Shown here: positions 53,531 to 64,000 of the stretch, piece by piece
Layout of the letters: each line of letters opens with the position of its first letter
Numbering within the stretch: the stretch's first letter is position 1
Assembly (NCBI GenBank): GCA_951406725.2
Contig: OX597817.1
Span: 46,872,001 to 46,936,000 of the forward strand
Direction of reading: 5' to 3'
Length of the DNA: 64,000 bases
Origin: Octopus vulgaris
Lineage: Eukaryota
Program-made: the position numbers and the translations under genes
The notes under the pieces: model-generated
Told to the model about the DNA's origin: nothing
What the model saw: the letters and a program-made list of their open reading frames with translations, nothing else
Database searches by the model: none

Positions 53531-54419
53531 AACCTTTTGTATAGTAATGTTGAATAAACCTTTTATCCATATTCAAGGTAACATTTATTTCGAACTTGAA
53601 ACCGTCATTTAGAGAATCACTACCTACGCTATGGCTGGACGTGACAACATCAAAACCACTGGTGAAGAAACGAAGAAAGAAAACAATTAAATTGTAAACA
53701 GAATCTTATTAGTTGTAGTTTAAGAAGAAATCGAAATTATGAAGCGCATTTTTCTTGCGGTTATAAACTCAATAATAACTTATGTAATTGCTATACAATA
53801 GCAAAAGATAATCTCACAGTAGACTATATGAATAGAATGAAGATAGTGGGATGAATTTCACCCAAAGCTAATTATTACACGTCAATTATGCTAAAAAGCA
53901 ACATATCTTCAATGTGAGTGGAGGGGGTTGATGGTTAGAATTTCACAAAATTAGAAAGTATACTTTTAATTAAGAGATTACAGCTACAAGCAGTCAGAGG
54001 CGGTGTCAAGATATATGAAATATTCTATAAGTTTAGTAAGGTCTAAATATATATATACACGTGTAGATATATAAAGATATATTTGTGCATAAATACGTAA
54101 ATGAAAGCGTACTCATATATGTATACCTGTTTAAATATTTACATCTCTATGTGCATGCATATGTACATTAACATATGCTTATATATATACATGAATGCAC
54201 ATACAAACCAACTAACTGGCACATTACAAATACAAGCTGTAAGAGGAACAGTAAAAATATGCAAGGCTCTTCTTAAGTTTAAAATGGGACATTGCTTTTT
54301 GTGTTAACACTCCAAGGATGGAGCTTTGTACCTCTATTAGAAACCATACATACATACATACATACATACATACATACATACATACATACATACATACATA
54401 CATACATACATACATAATT

Positions 54420-55290
54420 AACTGGCTAGTGGATGTTAACATGAAGCTGAAAATCAGTGAAAAGAGAACACCTATGCTGAACTATTGAGAAATCTGCAGT
54501 TAATCTATCCAGATTAAAAGTTCAAGTTTATACCTGTAATCATTGGGCTCTGGAATATGTAACACACTGCCTAAATACCAATCTTGAGAAATTAGGGTTC
54601 TCAGAAGCAGAAAGAGGAAAGCTAATTCAAAGACTAGATGTCAAATTCATCACTGGAACTAAGAATCTGTTAAACTTTCCAGAAGTTCATCTTTTAAATA
54701 TATATGAGCATGTCTAGATATGTAACTATATGCATGAGGATACATACATAAAACATACAAATCTGCACATACATACATACATAGTTAATCCAAACATGGA
54801 CAAGCAAGAAAAAACAACAGCGCGAGGATGTGGAATAAGTACAGCGTTGTTGGACACTCAGGAAAGGAAAGAAAAGAAAGAGGATTTCACGTTTCGAGCG
54901 GAGCTCTTCGTCAGAAATATAGAAAAAGTCCAAAGAAGGGAAGACGGAGAAAGAAAATCGCCAACGTTACACACGCGGTCACATAGCATACATACATACA
55001 TACATACATACATACATACATACATACATACATACATACATACAAAGAAAAGTACCCTGCTGTTGATGTTGAAATTCCAATGAAGGAGCCATGGATCTAG
55101 GTTAGAAACCGGCCCTTTCTCTATTGGCAAGAAATTTTAAAATAAAACTGAATAAGGACATACATACAAACAAACATACCCTGTTGTTGTTGATGTTGAA
55201 ATTCCAATGAAGGAACCTTAGATCTAGGTTTAAAACCGGCTTTTTCTCAATTGGCAAGAAATCTTGAAATAAAACTGAATGATGACATAC
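54420..55290 (+). mobile_element. R4/Dong-like 3' end in (TACA)n, with duplicated terminal module
   Basis: DVNMKLKISEK.NTYAELLRNLQLIYPD*KFKFIPVIIG..YVTHCLNTNLEKLGF (RLE C-terminus, frameshifted); ~110-bp module x2 (~55034-55157, ~55178-55287) ending AAATAAAACTGAAT then ACATAC. Confidence 0.7.
54783..54985 (-). mobile_element. short HHR-bearing PLE-like element
   Basis: Minus ATTT-CTGACGA-A-GAGC-TCC-GCTC-GAAACGTG-AAAT at 54884-54918; inserted in (TACA)n. Confidence 0.72.
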
Positions 55291-55762
55291 ATACATGAAA
55301 GCATGCATACACGCATGCGTGCATATATGACCAGTTATTTGATGCTGTCTAAATACCAATAAAAGAACCTTATATCAGGGTTGGAATCTGAATCGTCCTC
55401 TCTCGGTAAAAATTCTAAAACTAAAATTAAAAGTACATACATATATACAAATGTGTGTCTGTGTAGCATATATAAAACTTCGTAGTATGCGTGTATATGC
55501 ATATATGCAAGGTATTTCAGAAAACGCACAATGCCAACACGTGTCGTTTAGTATGTTGAAGTTAAAATCAAATAATGCGTGAAGGGATCGCTTTTCTTGA
55601 ACAGCACGTGTCAGAAATTCTTATTAAATTCATCGGTGATTGAGAAGTGATGTCATGATACGTGTTAAGGTGAGCTGAGCTAGAAAAGTTCACAAATCTT
55701 GGCAATGGTTAGAAGCCAACTAATTATAGCTTTAGCAAATTTTACCACCACAACAACAGCCA

Positions 55763-55769
55763 TTGCTGC

Positions 55770-55831
<62 letters not shown>

Positions 55832-55947
55832 GGGGGCGGTCTTGGTGGCGGCAGCGGCGGCGGTGCTGTGACGACGACAACGATGATGATGGTGATGATG
55901 GTGGTGGTGGTGGTGGTGGTGGTGGTGGTGGTGGTGGTGGTGGTGGT

Positions 55948-55982
<35 letters not shown>

Positions 55983-56193
55983 TGGCGATAGTGGCGGCAG
56001 CGGCGGCAGCGGCGGCAGCGGCGGCAGCGGCGGCAGCGGCGGGCAGCGGCGGCAGCGGCGGCAGCGGCGGCAGCGGCGGCAGCGGCGGCAGCGGCGGCAG
56101 CGGCGGCAGCGGCGGCAGCGGCGGCAGCGGCGGCAGCGGCGGCAGCGGCGGCAGCGGCGGTGATGACGACAATGATGATGATGGGGATGATGG

Positions 56194-56237
<44 letters not shown>

Positions 56238-56275
56238 GTGATGGTGATGATGATGATGTTGATGATGACGATGCT
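55763..56275. repeat. graded triplet array including (GGCAGCGGC)n
   Basis: GCT, GAT, GGT, GGC, then ~18 9-mer units, then GAT. Confidence 0.95.
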
Positions 56276-56298
56276 ATCACTATTATTACTTCTGTTAT

Positions 56299-56512
56299 TG
56301 AAGGTGCGTGACCTAGCGGTCAGGGTTTTGCGCTCATGATAGTAAGATCGTGGTTTCACTTCACGGCCAGGACGGTACATTGTGCTTTTGAGTAAAAAAG
56401 AAAATTTAAAAAATGTAAAAAAACAACCTTTTTTCCACATTGCTCCAATCGACAAATCTGTAAACGGGACTCATGCAATAGCTGCAATGTTAAAACCCTG
56501 CGACGGACCTCA
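56299..56512 (+). mobile_element. old tRNA-SINE remnant (CORE/V-like motifs)
   Basis: GAAGGTGCGTGACCTAGCGGTCAGGG head resembling family D; TTGTGCTTTTGAGTAA; CCCTGCGACGGAC. Confidence 0.55.
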
Positions 56513-56814
56513 CCAGCCAAATATAAACAACATACAAATCTCAAGATACATGGATGAAAATGTCTTGAGTTATGACCATAGTAAGCTCTCATCATAATAA
56601 TTGTAGATTGGATGTTCTCACTCTGGGGCTATTTGAGGTAAATTTTCGTTAACACTAAAGATTTTGTTTAATCGTTTAATTTCACGTTTTTTTTTTTTTA
56701 AGAAGGCACCTTTAGAAAAATATCCCCTTTAGAAAAATATATATATATATTATACAATGGCGGTGCCCCCAGCATGGCCACAGCTCGTGAGCTGAAACTA
56801 GATAAAATAAAAAT

Positions 56815-56864
<50 letters not shown>

Positions 56865-56866
<2 letters not shown>

Positions 56867-57532
56867 GTATTTGATAGCCTATAAGACGCACCTTTTTTTT
56901 TTACCGAAAATGGCTTTAAAAATCCCCCTGCGTCCAATGCAAGAAATTGGTTATAATTACTCGTAATAACAATGTTATACAGATAAGTGGAGGAATTAAA
57001 ACATTATTTTAGTTGTAATATATTTTACAAAAGTATAGTCCTATGCACACTTAAGACTTCAAACTTGAAATTTTCAAAGCCACAGTCGAACCAATTCTAC
57101 TATATGGCTCAGAAACCTGGACGTTATCAAAGAAGCTTGAGAAGCAGTTGGATGGAACCTACACTCGCCTCGTTATGAGAGTTCAAAATCTCTCGTGGAA
57201 GCGTCATTCAACCAAAATGCAAATATATGGGAAACTACCACCTGTGTCATCTCTTGTGAAAGGTAGAAGAGTCCAGTTTGCTGGACATTGTTGTAGAGCT
57301 GAAAACAAGGTAATTTCTACTCTTCTCCTCTGGAAGCCATCTACTCGCAATACCAGAGGGCGCTACTCTGATGTAATCTCCAGGGATACAGGCATCCAGC
57401 AACAGAACCTCCGTAATGCTATGATGGACCGTGAAGTATGGCGTAACATCGTAAATTCCATTGCCTCGACCTCGGTCGAACAATGATGGTGATGATGATG
57501 CACTCGTGCGTCTTATAGGCCATCAAATATGT
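56865..57532. mobile_element. Tc2/pogo-type non-autonomous DNA transposon carrying an RTE insertion
   Basis: TA|CCGTATTTGATAGCCTATAAGACGCAC ... GTGCGTCTTATAGGCCATCAAATATGT|TA TIRs. Confidence 0.75.
57055..57500 (+). mobile_element. RTE-clade LINE, 3' end (open frame 57055-57486)
   Basis: DFKLEIFKATVEPILLYGSETWTLSKKLEKQLDGTYTRL..RRVQFAGHC.R..MMDREVWR; (TGA)n tail. Confidence 0.9.
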
Positions 57533-57798
57533 TACATACATGCATAGATAGATATATATAACTTATAAGTAAGGGCTAAAGAAAATTACTTCAATGCCAA
57601 TATGCTGATAACAGACTATTAAATCGTCAATTTCCACATATTTCCACATTTTGATGGAATTTTTTTTCTGTAGAAAAAAAACTTCATCCTATATTAGTAG
57701 TATATATATGCATGCATTCCTACATATAGACCCACCTGTATGCATGCATATATATATGCTACATAAATCCATGCCTTCGAACACACACACGTACAATA

Positions 57799-57829
<31 letters not shown>

Positions 57830-59633
57830 CATACATACATACATACATACATACATACATACATACATGCACATGCATGCATGCATACATACATACATAT
57901 ATAGATTTATTCATAAAACTTCCATAGAAAACTCGAAGACGTGTTTTGGCAAAAAGAGAAAATCCTGGTTTTTTTAATAGTCGGATATAAGTAAAGAACA
58001 AATGCCGGCATTGAATGTAGTTTGAGACATCAGTGAAAACTGGTAAAGATGATTGTTTAGAAGAACACAGAAAGAGACAGATGAAGAGAATTAAAGAATA
58101 ATGAGAAGAATGTGTAATGAAGAAAAATATAATTATACAGCAACCATTGTGAAAACATATTCGAAATACATTTACGAAGACAAATGCAGAATAGGGAATG
58201 TAAAATATATATCAATAGAGAGAAAAAAATGGTATTAAACAAAACAAAACAAAAAATGCAGACGTACACTTCACGGAGAAATTCTAAAGACTTCGACTTT
58301 AAATTAATAATGACAGTTATTTTGTCTGTGAGGGATAGGTGGAAGAGTGTGGTTTTAGTATAGAATTGAGGAAAGAAGAAATAGGAGATTGTAAGGAAGA
58401 ATCTAGACTAGAGAAAATAAAGAATGAAATTTGGAGTAAAGAAAGGATATGGAGGTAAATAGAGGTAGAAAGAGAGAGAGAAATATTATAAGGGGTGAAG
58501 TAAGAGTGGAATAGACAGTGAGGGAGAGAAGTAGGGATAAATGTGATGGGGGGAGTGAGTATAATATTGAGAAAGTAAAGATTTACGAGAGAAAGAGAGA
58601 AAGAGATGGGGAATAAACTGCAGGATAAATTGTAAAATGGAAAGGAAAATAGTGAAACAGTTGAACAGAAAAGTAAAAGTGAACCAGGGGGGAAAACTGT
58701 AAAAGAGAAAATGAGTTCTATTTAAATATAAATGGATGGTAATAGGAGAAAAATGGAAGAAAGTTTTTGAGAGTGAGAGATGGAGATGTGTGGAAATGCG
58801 TGAGAAAGGAAGGAAACAAAATAGAGAGGGACATAGCGGGACCAAGATTTGCAAAATTATAAATAACATGATGGGATGTTGATTGAACCAGAAGGAAGGT
58901 GCAATATATTGAAAATGAGGATTGAGGAATGTGAAGTAAGATAGAAAGAACGAGAATGAGAGGAAGAATGAGCTGGAAAAAAAGAGAGAAGATTATAACG
59001 ACAGAGAAACTAAAATGGTGGCGAAGAGAGGAAAAGAAGCGTCGTTTTATATACGGTTTGGAAATGTTTATGCGATCGTCTGCAATATTTATTATTGTTA
59101 TCAACAAAGTTTCTTTGGTAATTGGTCACGTTTGCAATAGTTTATTGTGAAAACGGAAATAGTACAGAGTTAATACAATAGCTGAGATGTCGGTCGATAT
59201 TACTAAAGCAAAATCAACAGCGAACTCAGGTTCCATTCTCCACCGACAGCTATTCCACTACTACCATCGACTTTGAAACAAAGGTAGCTAAGTTTTAAAA
59301 TTGAATTAGTTGCAGGTATGAATGTCAGAGATAAAAATTAGGTGCCACAACGACCGAGAAATTCTTTAGTCTTTTTTTCTTTTACGTTTTTCTTTTATAT
59401 TTTTGCATCAGGCTGTCTGAGACTACAGAACATTATTCTTGATTAATACTGTACCTTTGATTTCTCAGATGGTTTAAGGATACTAAGTGAGATTGGTTCG
59501 GTTAATGTAGAAAAAGTGAAGAGTCGTGTATTCGTAAGATATTTTACTAGCGGCTTACCGTTCAAGGTAAAATTCTGAAGTCATCTCTGCCGAGTATTTT
59601 ACCTGACAGACTTTCCAATATTACTCATTCCCA

Positions 59634-60420
59634 AAGACGGCGAGCTGACAGAATCGTTAGCACGTCGGACAAAATGCTTAGTAGCGTTTCGTCCGTCTTT
59701 ACGTTCTGAGTTCAAATTCCACCGAGGTCGATTTTGTCTTTCATCCTTTCGGAGTCGATTAAATAAGATAAGTACCGTTTGAACTCTGGGGTCGATGTAA
59801 TCAACATATTCTCTTCCCCAAAATTACTGATCTTGTGCTAAAGTTTGAAATTAGCATTACACGTTCCCAAACGCGTTGAGCTGTCAACATCGTGGACATA
59901 CCGAACATAATGCTAAGCGACATTTCATCCGTCTTTACATTCTAAGTTCAAATTCTTATTTCTTTATTGCCCACAAGGGGCTAAACATAGAAAGGAGAAA
60001 CAAGGACAGACAACGGGATTAAGTCGATTATATCGACCCCAGTGCGTAACTGGTACTTAATTTATCGACCCCGAAAGGATGAAAGGCAAAGTCGACCTCG
60101 GTAGAATTTGAACACAGATCGTAGCGGCAGACGAAATACCTATTTTTTTACTACCCACAAGGAGCTGAACACAGAGAGGACAAACAAGGACAGACAAACG
60201 GATTAAGTCGATTATATCGACCCCAGTGGGTAACTGGTACTTAATTTATCGACCCCGAAAGGATGAAAGGCAAAGTCGACCTCAGCAGAATTTGAACTCA
60301 GCAGACGAAATACGGCTACGCATTTCACCCGGCGTGCTAACGTTTCTGCCAGCTCGCCTCCTTGTTCGGTTCTGAGTTCAAATTCTGCCGAGGTCGACTT
60401 TGCCTTTCATCTTTTCGACT
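59634..60420. mobile_element. cluster of SINE family B
   Basis: 59634-59850(+); a (+) copy 59870-60420 split at GTTCAAATTCT by a (-) dimer at 59956-60360. Confidence 0.85.
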
Positions 60421-60649
60421 CTGAGTTATCTTTTCTGCTTTTCTCTAATATGATCCCTACCTTTTTTCTTTGCAGCTTCTTTTCAGATTTTGCTGCACCG
60501 CATCATATGTTTCCTTGAGGGAGGCCTTCCGCTCCCAGATCTTATTGATTTTGAATTGTCATCGATGCGTCTATAAGTAATTCACTTTTATCTAGGAAAT
60601 AGTGTTAGATGTATGCCAAGAACGTTTACCTCTGGGATGGTGTGGTCCG

Positions 60650-60775
60650 TATTAATCTGACTTCGTCTTTTGGCCTGTCCAGCACGGAAGATCCTACAAG
60701 GAGCATGCTCTCTGCTAGCATAGTTCTCAAGGTCACTGGGGCATACAAGCCCCGGTGAGCACAACGGGGGCTGCT
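60650..60775 (-). mobile_element. RTE 5' UTR remnant
   Basis: Minus GGGGCTTGTATGCCCCAGTGACCTTGAGAACTATGCT..GCTCCTTGTAGG..GCTGGACAGG resembles the conserved RTE 5' leader. Confidence 0.6.
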
Positions 60776-61189
60776 GGATCTTCTGGTAGGTTATTGTTTA
60801 TTTTATTTCTTCATAAATATTGTTTCCAGTACTTTGGTTCTTCCATAGAACAGTTAAAATAAACTAAATTCCGATGACTTTTCTGGTTGCGTAGCCTTGA
60901 TATCACCCCGTCTTGTTTATTATTCTGTGAGACAAGCTAATCTTTGCAAACGCTTTCGTCTTTTCCGGATCAAAAAATTTCAGTGACTGCTAGAAATCAT
61001 TCTTTCACAAATTCTCTGTCAGAACAATTTTTAGAAAATTTAACATTTTCGCTGACAGTCTGGCTTGCGTGCACTATTTCTCCGGGCTCTGTCTGTCTTT
61101 TAGAAACAAAAAAAAAGCGTATTTAGGTTACCGACCTGTTTCTTTACCGTTTCGATTTTAGGTTTTTCCACTATCTTCTTTCAATTTGC

Positions 61190-61372
61190 TATGATAGATC
61201 GTTAGCCACTACACACATTTTTTCTCTCCTTGTTTTTTCTGTCCCTTTCTGTAGAAGAGCGTAGGCTCGAAACATAAAAGACTTTTTCTATTCCTGAGCG
61301 TTATACTAATACATCTGGTTGTTTTGTACACCACCTGTCTTCGTCTTTTGTTTTTTTTCGTAAACTCTCCTT
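61190..61372 (+). mobile_element. short HHR-bearing PLE-like element (family H2)
   Basis: CTTT-CTGTAGA-A-GAGC-GTAG-GCTC-GAAACATA-AAAG at 61245-61280; ends in (TA)n. Confidence 0.78.
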
Positions 61373-61379
61373 ATATATA

Positions 61380-61541
<162 letters not shown>

Positions 61542-61888
61542 TTCGGTGTGAATGAATATTTTTTTTATACGGTGCCGAGTTTAATTATAATGTTATTTTT
61601 TATATAAGCTTAAAGTTTATGGAGATCACCCTGTGAGAACATAGTTGTCTTCATTGTAATAACGGCCATCAAGAAAATATCACCCGTATTATGTTCATAT
61701 TATCCTAAAATTAGATGCGTCATACAAAGACTCAAAAAAGTCACATGCGACCTGCAACCCGTAGATTGCCCGTGAATAGTGCTAAAGCTTTTTGGCCATC
61801 TTTGGTCATTGAGGATTGAGTTAAAGTACATTTCGATTCCAAACAGCGAACATGTTTATCGTAAGTGCACATCTTCTTAACTAACGTA

Positions 61889-62427
61889 TTGGGTTGTCCG
61901 GAAAGTTCGTGCCGATTTATAGCAGCTTACCTTTCGACTTATTTTAAAACATGGTTGAGTCCATAAAATAGGATTTGACTACACCTCTATTTAGAGCGCA
62001 GTTTATGTTCCTATAACCAGTGTTAATTTTGTAACCCTTTAAAATGAAAGATAAGAAAGTTCATTTTCGGCACTTGATGCTTTGGGAACCAGACAAAAAT
62101 TGCTGCAGCTCGGCGGGAATGTGTTACCCCACCCTCCATATTCTCCAGATATTGCTCCTTCGGATTTGCACTTATTCAGGTCTCTGCAGAATAGTCTTAA
62201 TGGTAAAAAATTCAATTCCTTGGATGACGTAAAAAGATACTTTGATGAATTCTCTGCCATGAAACCACCTCAATTCTGGGTAGAGGGTATTTTCAAGTTA
62301 AAGGAAAGATGGAAACTCATTGTGCAACAAAGGGGTTCATATTTGGTTGATTAAAAATGTAATGGCAAGTATTTATTGACCTTTTTCTTTCCTTTAAAAA
62401 TCGGCACGAACTTTCCGGACAACCCAA
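61889..62427 (+). mobile_element. internally deleted mariner (mellifera-like)
   Basis: Perfect 30-bp TIR TTGGGTTGTCCGGAAAGTTCGTGCCGATTT with TA TSDs; N-terminal MKDKKVHFRHLMLW joined to C-terminal TRQKL..HPPYSPDIAPSDLHLFRSLQ..ERW. Confidence 0.95.
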
Positions 62428-63018
62428 TATTTAAACCTGCCAGCAACAACGAATTTTTAAATGAGGCATGGACAACTTCTTCTGAGAAACGGACCGCAAG
62501 AAACATGCCTTATCATCAGGCGAGACGCATTACTAAAAAAAAAATTCATGGTAATTTTTCATAAGATGTACTATTCTGAAGTTCCCACGAGCTCCAGTTT
62601 GATCAAGACTGACTTGAATACCGGAGAAGATATTTTTACATATACAGAATATAATTCATAATTTACTGTATGAGATATATGATTCAAGATTGTTCATTAA
62701 AAAGTCTTCATAACGATATATTATGTGAAGTGTCACATTAATAAAAGCCAGGCCTTTTAATTCTCTTGAACCATATTCATAACAATTGCATTTGTTAATT
62801 CTCTTTGGGTCTTCTTTAAAATGCACTTAAATTTTCAAACAAACGCAGCGAGTGGATTTGTGTTGTTGTTCTGTTTTTTCTTTTTTTTTTTTTGTACTTC
62901 TTGCGTAGAAAAACATTGATGCTAATATCTCTACGTGTTCGTCATACATAAATATTCTCATAACATCAACACTTATTACTTCAAATACTTAAAATCAACA
63001 CAAACAATTTCATTGCAC

Positions 63019-63091
<73 letters not shown>

Positions 63092-63327
63092 TGTGTGCAT
63101 ATTACGAGGGTGTCGAAGGGAGGGATGCTCTTAACAGAATTCAAGACGATTGAAATGTACTAAAATTTGACAAGGATACATTCTGTTATGTTATGTATTT
63201 CTACAAAACAATACATTATCATTTGTTTACATATTGACACTTATATTATTATAGCCACTTCAATATATGCATGTTATACTACATGTATATATGAGTGCAT
63301 TTACAGATGTATATAAGGATATGTATG

Positions 63328-63373
<46 letters not shown>

Positions 63374-63444
63374 CGTAAATATCGAACGATAAAATGAGTG
63401 CTCAACACAGCATTGCTGGCTATATAGTTTCTTCACAAATAAAG

Positions 63445-63490
<46 letters not shown>

Positions 63491-63497
<7 letters not shown>

Positions 63498-63597
63498 GTA
63501 TCTGAGAGACACCACCATGCCGAAATAGCAGTCAAAACCCTAGAGTCAGGGTTTTGACAGCTATTTCGACATGGTGGTGTCTCCCAGATACCCTTAT
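63491..63597. repeat. ~105-bp near-perfect hairpin (tail-to-tail PLE-like ends)
   Basis: 50-bp arms, AGAGTC loop; arms carry GAAAT-AGCT-GTC HHR 3' half; abuts (TA)n. Confidence 0.9.
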
Positions 63598-63678
63598 TTA
63601 TAGTTGTAAAAAATTATTACTTTTGTATGGTATTTATTCACATGCTGGCCACTTGATAATATCGATATTATCTTTATT

Positions 63679-63744
<66 letters not shown>

Positions 63745-63809
63745 TATAAAATAACAATTTAACAAATAAAATATATGCATATACATATATGTACATACCT
63801 ACATCTATA

Positions 63810-64000
63810 TGTATATATATACATGCATATATGGGTACAGGATACCACAAAAAACGTAGAGCACAACGAGAAACGAAAACATAAAACAAACAAGGAAACG
63901 GACTTTTTTTAACAACGAAAAAACAGAGTACAAGACAAACAATACAAGGAATATTCCCCTTCATCAGCTGCCCCTGGTTCGACTCAATGCGTGTTTCGAA
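63810..64000 (-). mobile_element. possible PLE pLTR running off the window
   Basis: Minus CGAAAC... and CTGATGA-AGGGGAATATTCCTT; T-rich tail ending in (TA)n. Confidence 0.35.

Overview
AT-rich, microsatellite-saturated eukaryotic non-coding DNA. The repeat content strongly suggests an Octopus (coleoid cephalopod) genome; this is inferred from recognised repeat types, not from a database hit. No host protein-coding gene, tRNA gene or rRNA could be supported, and almost all listed ORFs are microsatellite artefacts. The window is a mosaic of mobile DNA. (i) At least four tRNA-derived SINE families: A with a CORE-like domain (~12 copies), B with a Meta/MESC-like core that occurs as dimers and trimers (~25 units), C with a V-domain-like core, and D with a CORE-like domain. 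(ii) LINE remnants: RTE x3, CR1-group x1, and R4/Dong-type x4 sitting in (AAT)n or (TACA)n. (iii) DNA transposons: two internally deleted mariners, Tc1/pogo-type MITEs and non-autonomous Helitron-like elements. (iv) About 14 complete or partial minimal hammerhead-ribozyme (HHR) motifs from several unrelated short elements, mostly embedded in microsatellites and often with inverted termini, as expected for Penelope-like element (PLE) pseudo-LTRs or retrozymes. The most notable item is an element at 36.1-36.4 kb (second copy at 22.4-22.6 kb) that fuses a tRNA-like Pol III head, an (AAT)n linker, a hammerhead ribozyme and a PLE-type inverted terminus. It is a candidate PLE-mobilised, self-cleaving SINE. 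Boundaries of degenerate repeats are approximate.
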